Assembly: GCA_963750165.1 (NCBI GenBank)
Contig: CAVVPN010000004.1
Location: 416,001-480,000 of the forward strand
Source of the DNA: an uncultured Gemmataceae bacterium
GTDB taxonomy: Bacteria > Planctomycetota > Planctomycetia > Gemmatales > Gemmataceae
Reading direction: 5' to 3'
DNA: 64,000 bases
The position numbers and the translations under genes were made by a program. Every line of letters starts with the position of its first letter. Within the stretch, counting starts at the first letter, position 1. The notes below the pieces were generated by a model. It searched no databases. It had not been told where the DNA came from and saw only the letters and a program-made list of their open reading frames with translations. Positions 28,379-38,198 of the stretch are shown here, piece after piece.

Positions 28379-30021
28379 TTACGCTGTCAGGGCCTGGTTC
28401 ACGATCCGTTGAGCTTCGCTGACAATGCGGTCCAGGTGCTCCGGGCCCGAAAAGCTCTCCGCGTAAATCTTGTAGACGTTTTCCGTCCCGGAGGGCCGGG
28501 CGGCAAACCAGCCGTTGGCGGCCACAATCTTCAGGCCGTCGATGGGAGCGTTGTTGCCCGGAGCGCGAGTCAACTTGGCGGTAATCGCCTCCCCGGCCAG
28601 CTTCGACTCCTTAACGTCCTGGGGGACAGCTGCCGCAGCCGCGCCTTCTGTTCGGGCGTGGCCGGGGCGTCGATGCGTGTGTAGCACGGCGTACCGAACT
28701 GCGCCGTGAGTTCACGGTAATGCTCCCCGGGATCCTTCCCGGTGCGCGCCGTGATCTCGGCCGCCAGCAGGTCCAGGAGGGGACCATCCTTGTCCGTCGT
28801 CCACACGGTGCCGTCGCGGCGCAGGAAGCTGGCCCCGGCACTCTCCTCCCCGCCGAAACAGCACGTCCCGTCAAACAGGCCCGGCGCGAACCACTTGAAG
28901 CCGACGGGCACCTCCCACAGCCGGCGGCCGAGGTGTTGCACCACGCGGTCGATCATGCTGCTGCTGACCAGGGTTTTGCCGACCACGGCCTGCGCCGACC
29001 ATTGGCTGCGGTTCGTGAGCAGGTAGCGGATCGCGACGGCCAGGTAGTGGTTGGGGTTCATCAACCCCGCCGAGGGCGTGACAATGCCGTGCCGATCCGA
29101 GTCGGGGTCGTTGGCGAAGGCAACCTGGAACCGATCCTTGAGACCGACGAGGCGGGCCATCGCGTAAGGGCTGGAGCAGTCCATGCGAATCTTGCCGTCG
29201 TGATCGACCGTCATGAACGAGAAGGTGGGATCAACCTTCGCGTTCACGACCTGGATATTCAGACCGTAAAGGTCGTTGATCGGCCCCCAGTAATGCACGG
29301 CGGCGCCGCCGAGCGGGTCCACTCCCATCTTGAGGCCGGCGCCGCGGATCGCCTCCATGTCGATGACGTTTCGCAGGTCGTTGACGTAGGGCAGCACGAA
29401 GTCTTCCTGGTGCGTTGTCCCGGCCTTGAGGGCAGCGCTCACCGACACCCGCTTCACGCCTGCATTGCCGCCGCGCAGCAGTTCATTGGCCCGATCCTGG
29501 ATCCATTTGGTCACGGTGGTGTCGGCGGGACCGCCATTGGTCGGGTTGTACTTGAAGCCGCCGTCCTCGGGGGGATTGTGCGACGGCGTGATGACGATGC
29601 CGTCCGCGAGGTGCTCCTTGCGACCGCGGTTGTAGACGAGGATGGCGTGTGAGATGACCGGCGTCGGGGTGACGCCGTCGTCACGCTGGATGATGGTCGC
29701 CACGCCATTTCCCGCCAGAACCTCCAGGGCGGTGCGCTGAGCCGGCGTGGACAGCGCGTGCGTGTCCTTGCCCATGTAAAGGGGGCCATCCGTGGCCTGG
29801 AGGTGTCGGTAATCGCAGATGGCCTGGGTGATGGCCAGAATGTGGGCTTCCGTGAACGTGCCACGCAGCGAGGTGCCCCGGTGTCCACTGGTGCCGAAGC
29901 TGACCAGCTGATTGGGGTCGCCGAGGTCGGGCCGGCGCTCGAAATACTCCCGTTCGAGCCGGGACAGGTCCACCAACATCTCGGGCGGGGCCGGTTGGCC
30001 CGCAAGGGGGGAGAGCGTCAT
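28379..30021 (-). CDS. pgm: Phosphoglucomutase (alpha-D-glucose-1,6-bisphosphate dependent), frameshifted near 28620
   Basis: [28 protein letters not shown] and GGEESAG. The C-terminal [10 protein letters not shown] lies in another frame, with the shift in a C5 run. Confidence 0.9.
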
Positions 30022-30049
30022 GAAGCACTTCCTTTCATCAGAGGAATCG

Positions 30050-30433
30050 ATCCACAGATGACACAGATGAGCGCAGATAAAGATAAATTAGCGCGGTTCG
30101 CGCGCGGTTCGCGCACGGGGTGGGACGGCGGGCACGGGCTGACCACCAGCGGCCTGCACTGCCACAGCAAGGGGGCCAAGGAGGCCAAGGGGGCCAACTT
30201 TTTCATACGTCGAGATGCGGCGCCCTGGCCCTGTGCGGGTGGCACAACTCAACAACCAACGGCAGCGGTTGCCACAGCAAGGACGCCAAGAACGCCAAGA
30301 ACGCCAACTTTTTCACACGTCGAGAATCGGCGCCTGGTAGCGCCGGCCTGCCGTTTGTAGGCCACGCGACTGCGAACCGCGCTAAAATGTCTTTAGCTGT
30401 CTTTATCGGCGTTCATCTGTGTCCTCTGTGGAT
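30050..30433. repeat. 34-bp inverted-repeat pair (REP-like, 9-bp periodic) interrupted by a MITE
   Basis: 30050-30083 ATCCACAGATGACACAGATGAGCGCAGATAAAGA matches the reverse complement of 30400-30433 with 3 mismatches. Confidence 0.75.
30089..30384 (-). mobile_element. ~295-bp MITE-like element, copy 2 (complete)
   Basis: 14-bp perfect terminal IR TTAGCGCGGTTCGC/GCGAACCGCGCTAA, flanking TA dinucleotides, and homology to 3726-4007. Confidence 0.8.
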
Positions 30434-30487
30434 CCTCTTTGGTCTTTTCTCTGCGCGCTCTGCGTTCTCTGTGGTGAATCCTCCGCG

Positions 30488-32998
30488 CTAGGGCACCGGG
30501 CACGGCTCCACGTTCCAGATACCAGCCGCGTACTCGGCGATGGTGCGGTCGCTGGAGAACTTGCCCGAACTGGCGACATTCAAGATGGCCTTGCGCGCCC
30601 AGGCATCCGGGTCGGCATACAACTCGACCAGCCGCCGATCCGCCTCCAGGTAGGATTGCAGGTCCGCCAGGTGCATGTAGTGGTCCCCGCTCGTCAGCAG
30701 TGTGTCGCGCAGGGGGGCGAAGACGCCCGGCTCGTTATGGCTGAAGTGGTCGGCGAAGATCAGGTCCAGCGCCGCCCGGGTTTCCGGCTCGTGTTCGTAG
30801 TGCCAGTGTGGGTCGTACCAGGCCCGGCTCTCCGCGACCTGCTCGGCCGTCAGGCCGAACAGGAAGAAGTTGTCCTCGCCCGCTTCCTGAGCCATCTCGA
30901 TGGTGGCGCCGTCGCGTGTGCCGACGGTCAACGCCCCGTTCATCATGAACTTCATGTTGCTGGTGCCGCTGGCCTCGTAACCGGCCGTCGAGATTTGCTG
31001 GGAGGCGTCACTGGCCGGGATGAGCCGCTCGGCCAGGGAGACGCGGTACTCGGGCAGGAAGAGTACCTGGAGCCGGCCGCGCATCGCCGGGTCGGCGGCG
31101 ATGGTGGCGGCCAGGTTGTTGATGAACTTGATGATGAGCTTGGCGAGGTGGTACGCGGCGGCCGCCTTGCCGGCGAAGAAAAAGGTTCGCGGCGGCATCT
31201 TCAGGCCGGGGTTCGCGCGCAGCCGGTTGTACAGCACGACGACGCGCAGCGCATTGAGCAGTTGCCGCTTGTATTCGTGAATGCGTTTCACCTGGCAATC
31301 GAAAATTGTGTCCACCTCCACGGTCAGGTTGGCGGTCGCTCGGAGCCAGTCGGCAAACTGTCCCTTGGCCTCCCGTTTGGCTTTGCGGAAGGCGTCACGA
31401 AAGCCCCGGTCGCCGGCGAGTGGCTTGAGCTTGCTCAGCTGACTGAGGTCGGAGATCCAGTCGTCGCCGATGGCCTCGGTGATCGTGCGGGCGAGTGCCG
31501 GGTTCGCCAGCAGCAGCCAGCGCCGCGGCGTGACGCCGTTGGTCTTGTTGCTGAAGCGTTCGGGGAACAACTCGGCCAGGTCCTTGACCGTCCGCGTGCG
31601 CAGCAGTTGCGAATGGATGGCGGCCACACCGTTGGTGCTGTGCGAGCCGACGATGGCCAGGTGAGCCATGCGGACGTGCTTGACCGGGCCTTCCTCAATC
31701 AGGCTCACACGCGCCCCGCGGCCATCGTCGCCGGGGAAGCGCGCCCGGACGACATCGAGCAGGCGGCGGTTGATCTCATAGATGATTTCCAGGTGACGCG
31801 GCAGCATCATCTCGAACCACGCGACCGGCCAGCGTTCCAGGGCCTCGGGCAGCAAGGTGTGGTTGGTGAAGGCCAGCGTTCGCCGGGTGAGGGACCAGGC
31901 CTGGTCCCAGCTGAGGTGGGCCTCGTCGAGCAAAATCCGCATCAGCTCCGGAACGGCCATGGTGGGATGCGTGTCGTTGAGCTGGATCGCGACTTTCTCC
32001 GGCAGCTTGTCCCAGTCAGTATTGCTTTTCCGGAAACGCCGCAAGAGGTCGGCCAGCGAGCAGGCGACGAGGAAATACTCCTGCACGAAGCGCAGTCCCT
32101 GTCCCAGGGTGGTGGAATCGTCGGGATACAGGACGCGCGTCAGGGATTCCGCGGTGAGTGTCTCCGCCACGGCGCCGACGAAATCGCCCTGGCTAAACTC
32201 CTGAAAATCGAAGTAGTCGGGTGCGGCGGCAGCCCAGAGCCGCAGCGTGTTGATGGTCTTGCCGCCGAACCCAACCACGGGACGGTCGAACGGAATGCCG
32301 AACAGCGTGGAGGTTTTGCCGAGGATGGCTTGCAAGGTTCCGCCCCGCATGTGGAACGAGCAATTCAGTTTCACCTCGACTTTTTCGAGCGGCCGGGCGA
32401 TCTCCCAGGGGTCCGGGCGGCGGAGCCAGTTGTCCGGCTGTTCGTGCTGCCAGCCGTCCTGGATGGTCTGGCGGAACATGCCGTATTCGTACCGCAACCC
32501 GTAACCCATGCCGGGCAGCTGCAGGGTGGCCATCGAGTCGAGGAAGCAGGCGGCCAGGCGCCCGAGGCCGCCGTTGCCCAGGCCCGCGTCGGGTTCCTGT
32601 TCGAGCAGACCGAGCCAGTCCAGGTGCTTCTGCTGGACGACCTGCCGGGCGAGCGGATCGAGCAGCAGGTTCGTGACGTTGTTGGCCAGGGAACGGCCGA
32701 TGAGGAATTCCATCGAGAGATAGTAGACGCGTTTGGGGTTCTCGCGTTCGTGGGTGTCCTCGGTATGCACCCAGCGCTGCGAGAGGACGTCGCGCACGGA
32801 GCGGGCAACGGCCTCGAAGCGATCGCGCGGGCTGGCGGCAGCCAGGCTGATGATATTGTCGAACAGCAGGTGCCGCTCATAGAGGGCCTCGTCCGTTCCC
32901 GCGAATTGCACCGCGCCACACCCGTATTGCTTGCGGAGCTTCTCCAGTTCGTGGTCGCCGGTTGGCGCCGAGGGGGCTGTTTTTTGTCGGGTACTCAT
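30488..32998 (-). CDS. glgP: Glycogen/starch/alpha-glucan phosphorylase
   Basis: GLGNGGLGRLAAC, IQLNDTHP, QVKRIHEYKRQ and the PLP-lysine motif EASGTSNMKF. Confidence 0.95.
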   Translation of the reverse strand: MSTRQKTAPSAPTGDHELEKLRKQYGCGAVQFAGTDEALYERHLLFDNIISLAAASPRDRFEAVARSVRDVLSQRWVHTEDTHERENPKRVYYLSMEFLIGRSLANNVTNLLLDPLARQVVQQKHLDWLGLLEQEPDAGLGNGGLGRLAACFLDSMATLQLPGMGYGLRYEYGMFRQTIQDGWQHEQPDNWLRRPDPWEIARPLEKVEVKLNCSFHMRGGTLQAILGKTSTLFGIPFDRPVVGFGGKTINTLRLWAAAAPDYFDFQEFSQGDFVGAVAETLTAESLTRVLYPDDSTTLGQGLRFVQEYFLVACSLADLLRRFRKSNTDWDKLPEKVAIQLNDTHPTMAVPELMRILLDEAHLSWDQAWSLTRRTLAFTNHTLLPEALERWPVAWFEMMLPRHLEIIYEINRRLLDVVRARFPGDDGRGARVSLIEEGPVKHVRMAHLAIVGSHSTNGVAAIHSQLLRTRTVKDLAELFPERFSNKTNGVTPRRWLLLANPALARTITEAIGDDWISDLSQLSKLKPLAGDRGFRDAFRKAKREAKGQFADWLRATANLTVEVDTIFDCQVKRIHEYKRQLLNALRVVVLYNRLRANPGLKMPPRTFFFAGKAAAAYHLAKLIIKFINNLAATIAADPAMRGRLQVLFLPEYRVSLAERLIPASDASQQISTAGYEASGTSNMKFMMNGALTVGTRDGATIEMAQEAGEDNFFLFGLTAEQVAESRAWYDPHWHYEHEPETRAALDLIFADHFSHNEPGVFAPLRDTLLTSGDHYMHLADLQSYLEADRRLVELYADPDAWARKAILNVASSGKFSSDRTIAEYAAGIWNVEPCPVP

Positions 32999-33012
32999 TG
33001 TTTTTCCCTTTC

Positions 33013-33252
33013 TCACCGGATCACGGTGCGAGCACTGCCGATGGTTTTACGCTGCTTCCGAGTGGCTCGTCGTGCGAGGTACGTGTGGATGAGGCCGCGC
33101 AGCAGTTGCCCGACCGTCACCCGCTGGGCGGCCGCCACGGCCATCAGTTGCGCAGCCTGCCAGCCGGGCATCAACAACGAACATTCCGCGATCTCCTCGT
33201 TTGTCCAGCACACCTGACCGACTTCCGGCCGGTCGGAAAAACCCTGGTACAT
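33013..33252 (-). CDS. Small hypothetical protein, possible ribbon-helix-helix fold
   Basis: 79 aa with an upstream RBS-like AAAGGGGA. 'SLLMPGWQAAQLMAVAAAQRVTVGQLLRGLI' fits a strand-helix-helix pattern. Confidence 0.5.
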   Translation of the reverse strand: MYQGFSDRPEVGQVCWTNEEIAECSLLMPGWQAAQLMAVAAAQRVTVGQLLRGLIHTYLARRATRKQRKTIGSARTVIR

Positions 33253-33268
33253 GGTGATCCCCTTTCTA

Positions 33269-33850
33269 TCAATCGTGCTGCGTCGTCTCCGGAAGAAGCT
33301 TTCGCTCCGTCAGGGCAATGGCGGACCAGCTGGCTCCGTGACAGAGTATATCGACAGCCAGGCACAGCCCAACAAGCCATAGACCGGCGCCCAGGTGCCA
33401 GCCGATCCACGCGCCGACGCCCAGGAGCAAGGCAATCACACCTGTCAGGACGGTCCAACGCCGGCCGCGTGGCCGCGCCAGCAGCGACCGGGTCAGGCGA
33501 ATCAACCCACCGGCCACCAGGAGGATCGCGACCCAGGCGACCAGGCTGACCACCCCCTGAATGGGATCTGTCATGATGAGGATGCCGAGTACCAGTTCCT
33601 GCACGGCCGCGACGAAATGCAGGATCGCCTCCTTGCCCTGCGCCTTGTACTCGAACAGGGCCCGCAACAGCTGCATGAGACTGCTGACTAGCAACAGCGG
33701 CCCGAACACCAGGAGACTCGTCAGCTGCAAAAGTGTCGCCATGCTGACACCGGAGATGCCGAGAATCAGGAGGAGCCCGCCGAACGCCAGCAACCATTTC
33801 CAGCGGCCGCGGTGTTTCGTCGTCTGCGCTGGGGCCAGGAGTTCTGTCAT
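33269..33850 (-). CDS. HdeD/DUF308-family membrane protein
   Basis: Six hydrophobic segments in two repeats; WKWLLAFGGLLLILG start. Confidence 0.7.
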   Translation of the reverse strand: MTELLAPAQTTKHRGRWKWLLAFGGLLLILGISGVSMATLLQLTSLLVFGPLLLVSSLMQLLRALFEYKAQGKEAILHFVAAVQELVLGILIMTDPIQGVVSLVAWVAILLVAGGLIRLTRSLLARPRGRRWTVLTGVIALLLGVGAWIGWHLGAGLWLVGLCLAVDILCHGASWSAIALTERKLLPETTQHD

Positions 33851-34383
33851 GGGGAGGTCCTCTCGTTGGAATCGGCGGCCAGGGTCGCCTGAATCAATCG
33901 GGCCTGCTCCAGGTCCACGTTGGTCTTGAGCACCGTCCCGCCCAGCCCCTGGATCGCGTGCAGGATCACCTCCATGTCGCCTGCGTCGTCCAGGACGAAC
34001 AGGGCGGAAGTCCCTGGCTTCATCAGTTCCTTCACCTCTCGGACGAAGTCGTCGCCGATGCCGGCGGCCACGGCCGAGGCGGCGGTGCCGGCGCTACCGA
34101 CCAGGGCGCCGACCGCCGCGCCGGTGAGTGGAGCAGCCAGCACCAGGCCCGCGAGGAAGCCCACGGCCGTGCAGGCCAGGATGTTGGCGATCCCCGGGAA
34201 CTGCTTGCGGTCGAGCGTGAACGACCCATCGGGATGCCGCACGACCACCGCGATTTCCAGGAGAATGAGGTACTTGCCGGCCTGGCCGCTGTCCCACCCG
34301 AGCCTGGCGATCACGTCGCGGACCTGATCGGCCTGCTTCATGTCGTCGTAGCCGATGGCCCACAGGTGCGCTTTCGTAGCCAT
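33847..34383 (-). CDS. DUF1269-family protein
   Basis: Gly/Ala-zipper TM region and GIGDDFVREVKELMKPGTSALFVL...GGTVLKTN; GGAGG RBS before MATKAH. Confidence 0.75.
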   Translation of the reverse strand: MATKAHLWAIGYDDMKQADQVRDVIARLGWDSGQAGKYLILLEIAVVVRHPDGSFTLDRKQFPGIANILACTAVGFLAGLVLAAPLTGAAVGALVGSAGTAASAVAAGIGDDFVREVKELMKPGTSALFVLDDAGDMEVILHAIQGLGGTVLKTNVDLEQARLIQATLAADSNERTSP

Positions 34384-35333
34384 TGTCGGTCCTCCAATGG
34401 GACAGCCGTTGCTGTCCCCAGTCCTTGTTTCGCGTTCTCGAATAGGTCTACCCACGCGCGGTAGGACGCGGCGATCTGCGCCACCGCGGTGTCGCGCGTA
34501 ATTTTATTGGCGCGGTAGTCAATCAGCGAATCCCAGAAGGTGGACCGGCCAACCGCGAAGCCGATGAAACCGGGAACGCTGGCGGCGGTCGTCAGCCACT
34601 GCCGCACCTGCTGGTCGTCCTCACCGTGGTCCAGAATCATGCAGCCGACCTGATCCCGGCCGCCGCGGCGGCCCGCCGTCACAACCTTGCGACAATCCTC
34701 CTGCCGGTCGATGCCTTCGATCATCCAGACATCCGGCTCGACCCCCGAGTCCTGCAACTCGTGGATGGCCTGGACCATCAGGGTGGGGCGCAATTGCAGG
34801 TCGTAGGCCCTCCTGTCGTTGCCGAGACGCTGCAGTTGGGCCGGCTCCGGAGGCACGAGCAGCTCGAACAGGTACAGTCGGCCGTGCGCGTGCAGGCCGT
34901 CCGACAGCCGCCTCAGACGGGCCGCCTGCCGCCGGTTGCGGGCCCGGTCGCCGCCGGGGTTGTAGCGCACGCGTACCTTGCAGAAGGTCGGATCGAACTG
35001 TTCGAGATGGCGGGTGAAGTCCGAGCTGTACTCGAAGTCAAACTCGTCCTGGCCGCTCTCGTCCGCGGGGCAGGCGGTGATGAATCCCTGTTTCCGGGCG
35101 TCGCGCAGAATGGCCACACCGAACGGCTCGTCCACGAGGACGCCGGCGCGATCCTTTGGCACTCCGCCCGTCACTGCGGCCTTGAACGCATCAAAATTCA
35201 CTTGTTTCAGAGCGATAATATCCTCAGTCTGTTCAGGGCTTAACGGTCCCTGCCAACCGCACAGATTTTTCGAGAATGTGGCCCGGTGGTCAAAGGACAA
35301 CACGTACAGGGGCCGGTCGTAACCGATCGTCAT
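34338..35333 (-). CDS. DUF2090 / class-I aldolase-like protein (IolC C-terminal/LacD-like), apparently degenerate
   Basis: FDHR, KVxVRYNP, LFELLVP and FIGFAVGR are present; the expected DVWKIEG reads DVWMIEG. Confidence 0.75.
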   Translation of the reverse strand: MTIGYDRPLYVLSFDHRATFSKNLCGWQGPLSPEQTEDIIALKQVNFDAFKAAVTGGVPKDRAGVLVDEPFGVAILRDARKQGFITACPADESGQDEFDFEYSSDFTRHLEQFDPTFCKVRVRYNPGGDRARNRRQAARLRRLSDGLHAHGRLYLFELLVPPEPAQLQRLGNDRRAYDLQLRPTLMVQAIHELQDSGVEPDVWMIEGIDRQEDCRKVVTAGRRGGRDQVGCMILDHGEDDQQVRQWLTTAASVPGFIGFAVGRSTFWDSLIDYRANKITRDTAVAQIAASYRAWVDLFENAKQGLGTATAVPLEDRQWLRKRTCGPSATTT

Positions 35334-35359
35334 GGCAGCTAACTCCTGACTTGATGATT

Positions 35360-37366
35360 TCAAGATTCATCTGCTTCTTTTCTTTCGAGTGGCCAGCTGT
35401 GCGGCGCGGACGGCTGCCACGGTTGCAGGTCCGGGGGCGGGCTGGGGCCCAGACGATCCAGGCCGGGGGCCGCCTGGTAGATCGCGAAGCCGGCCGGCGG
35501 CAGGGTCATCCGAACGGCAAGCGGCCCGTTCTTGCGCTCCACAGTCAAGGTGGACGGCGGTGGATCAACACGTTTCGGGGCGTACCAGAAGATCAAGTGA
35601 TACTGGTCTCCCTCGACCCGGAAGGTCGGCGCGACCGTCGAGTAGGTGGTGATGGGCTGCGCCTCGTCGGTGTTGACCGCGATCAGGCAGTCCTGATCGC
35701 TAAAGAGGCGTGACCAGGACACGAGCGAGCGCATCCGTTTGCCCAGGCGGTGCGGCAGGCCGAAGGTGACGCCGTCCCCAGAGATGTGATGCAGTGTCTG
35801 CCGGCCGCGTCGCAGCGGCAGCAACTTCTCGCGCAGTTCGATGAGCGCGGCCAGGGCTCGGTACAGGTCGCCGTCCTCGTTGAAGAAGTGGCGGCCCTGC
35901 GTACACAGGCCGCCAAACTGGCCGCCGAACATGCTCTCCCGGAGGACCAGGTCCGAGCCGTTGGGACGGCCGCCGCTGTCGAAGCCCTGTTCCGACCCGT
36001 AGTAGATGCAGGGAATGCCCGCCGTGGTCAACTGCACGGCCATCACGTTGAACGCCAGGTCGCGGAACCGGCTGTCGCCGCAGAAGCGCCACTTGGCGCT
36101 GCCCTTGCGAACCTGATCGTGGTCGTCCACAAGGGTAACTACCTGGTTGCGATACCAGCGGTGCCCGGTCGGATCGTCCAAAACCCAGTTGCGGAACAGC
36201 GAGAAATAATCCACCGGGTCGGTGTAACCCGTGACCATCCGCTCCAGCTTGCCCGGAACGTCGTCGATACCCAGGGCGGCGTCCAGCCCGGTGTTGTGGA
36301 CCACTTCCCAGGCAAGATCGCGGCCGCCCCCCACTTCCCCAACCAGGAGGAAGCGATCCTTGCCGATGCTCTGGGCAAACTCCCGGATCATGTCACAGAA
36401 GGTCCGCAGCGCCTCTGCGCCCATGTGCTTGGCCGCGTCGATGCGGAAACCGTCGAGATCGGCGTAGGCGATCCAGAAGCAGTAGGCGAGTGTCAGGCAG
36501 GCCAGGGCCGAGGAAGCGTGGCGGTACTGCCCTTCCCGCCGCACCCAGAGGTCGAGGGTCTTCAGGCCGAACATGTCCCCCTCGGCGTACTCCGGGTAGA
36601 AGTCCCAGTTCGTGATGTGTCCCTTGCGGAGGAACATGTTTGCTTGCTGGAACTCGCGCGGCCAGATGGCGCCGTCCGGCCAGGCTGCCTCCATTCGGTT
36701 CGGATCAGTGGGATCGAACGGCAAGGTGGGACGGCCCTCGCGATCGTTGAAGCCCTGGACGGCGTAGGGCCTGCCGTCCCAGCGCGGGTCGTTGTACCAC
36801 TGGCCCGTAGCCGGGTCGTGCGTCGTGTAACGATCCGGGTTGTAGCTGAAGACGTTGCCGGTGTGATGGGCGACGATGTCGAGGATGATGTAGATTCCCT
36901 GTGCGTGTGCGGCCTTGACAAAATCGCGGAACTCCGCGCGTGTCCCGAAATGCGGATCCACATCGAGGAAATTCTGAATGCCGTAGCCGTGGTAGCTCGG
37001 CTCAAACGCGACCTGCCGAAAGATGGGGCTGACCCACAGGGCAGTGATGCCGAGTCGCCGCAGGTAGCCGAGTTTGCTCTTCAGCCCTTTGAGTGTCCCG
37101 CCCTGCCAGCCACCACCGGCGCGGAACCAGACCTCGTAATCGACCCGTCCCGGGTTCTCCGGCGTGTACAGGGGAGTGGTTCCCGAGGTCACCGGGCGAC
37201 CCTCACTGTCCCGATAACCGCCGCACTCGTTTCCGTTGGAGAAGCGGTCCAGGAGCAGAAAATAGAAAACCTGATCCTCCCAGGCGGCCGGCGACGGCGT
37301 AAACGACCGCCGGGTCAACCCAGCGAAGTCAATGTCCAGGAGGCTCTTCTCGATCTCGTTGGTCAC
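35360..37366 (-). CDS. GH13 alpha-amylase-family glycoside hydrolase (cytoplasmic)
   Basis: YHGYGIQNF plus the catalytic regions DGFRIDAAKH, LVGEV and DDHD. Confidence 0.9.
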   Translation of the reverse strand: MTNEIEKSLLDIDFAGLTRRSFTPSPAAWEDQVFYFLLLDRFSNGNECGGYRDSEGRPVTSGTTPLYTPENPGRVDYEVWFRAGGGWQGGTLKGLKSKLGYLRRLGITALWVSPIFRQVAFEPSYHGYGIQNFLDVDPHFGTRAEFRDFVKAAHAQGIYIILDIVAHHTGNVFSYNPDRYTTHDPATGQWYNDPRWDGRPYAVQGFNDREGRPTLPFDPTDPNRMEAAWPDGAIWPREFQQANMFLRKGHITNWDFYPEYAEGDMFGLKTLDLWVRREGQYRHASSALACLTLAYCFWIAYADLDGFRIDAAKHMGAEALRTFCDMIREFAQSIGKDRFLLVGEVGGGRDLAWEVVHNTGLDAALGIDDVPGKLERMVTGYTDPVDYFSLFRNWVLDDPTGHRWYRNQVVTLVDDHDQVRKGSAKWRFCGDSRFRDLAFNVMAVQLTTAGIPCIYYGSEQGFDSGGRPNGSDLVLRESMFGGQFGGLCTQGRHFFNEDGDLYRALAALIELREKLLPLRRGRQTLHHISGDGVTFGLPHRLGKRMRSLVSWSRLFSDQDCLIAVNTDEAQPITTYSTVAPTFRVEGDQYHLIFWYAPKRVDPPPSTLTVERKNGPLAVRMTLPPAGFAIYQAAPGLDRLGPSPPPDLQPWQPSAPHSWPLERKEADES

Positions 37367-38082
37367 GGGAGTGTGTCCTTGGAGTCTGAGGTCTCCAGCT
37401 GTTCAGCGGCCGCGCGGTCGGCGATCACCAGGGCCTGGTCTCGCCGAACCCGCCCGGCCGGAATGGACAGATCGCCGTCGCGCAGGCGTCCGAGCATGTC
37501 AACCTTTTCGCTCCCGGTCACCAGCCACAAAATGCGCCGCGACCGATTGATGATGGGGTACGTCAACGTCATCCGATGTCTCCCCTGATAGACTCCGGTC
37601 AGCGCCACGTCTGCGTCGGTGACATCGAGCACGGGATCACCGGGCACCAGCGAGGCAGTGTGGCCGTCTGGGCCGAGCCCCAGATGAACGAGGTCGAGAA
37701 CTGGCGGCGAGCCGGCAATCTCCTGAAGCGTGAGGGCGTAGCGCGCTGCCGCGGCTTGCAGGTCGGGGTTTTCCACCGACATGGCATGGAGTTGCTCAGG
37801 GCGCAGCGGGACATGCTCCAACAGGCTTTCGCGCACGTGAGTGAGATTTCGATCCGGGTGTCCCTCGGGGGCCACCCGTTCGTCCACCTGGACCACGTGA
37901 ACGTGAGCCCACGGGACATCTTCACCGGCCAGAGCCTGGAGCATGAGCCAGGGCGTGTGGCCGCCGCTGACGGCCAGGATGAAGCGGCCGCGCGCGGCCA
38001 CGGCCGCCCGAGCTTCCGCGGTGATGATCGCCGCTCCCCGACGGGCGACCGCATCGGCATCGGCGAGGACTTCAATGTTCAC
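37363..38082 (-). CDS. pgl: 6-phosphogluconolactonase
   Basis: AVSGGHTP, VDERVAP and LGLGPDGHTASL; GTG start with an AGGAG RBS. Confidence 0.9.
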   Translation of the reverse strand: MNIEVLADADAVARRGAAIITAEARAAVAARGRFILAVSGGHTPWLMLQALAGEDVPWAHVHVVQVDERVAPEGHPDRNLTHVRESLLEHVPLRPEQLHAMSVENPDLQAAAARYALTLQEIAGSPPVLDLVHLGLGPDGHTASLVPGDPVLDVTDADVALTGVYQGRHRMTLTYPIINRSRRILWLVTGSEKVDMLGRLRDGDLSIPAGRVRRDQALVIADRAAAEQLETSDSKDTLP

Positions 38083-38198
38083 TGGAGCGTCTCCTGTCCC
38101 GATTGGGCTGTCACGGTCAGTTTCAGCCTGCGGCAGATGAGGTTTTCTGGACTCCAACAATACGGGACGGCGTTCATCGTGCTCTCTCCTTCTCGCCG

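Noticed and set aside
28610..28630. Programmed ribosomal frameshift in pgm (and the other split genes)
   Set aside because: I saw no canonical slippery heptamer, these families are not known to be recoded, and sequencing error is the simpler explanation.
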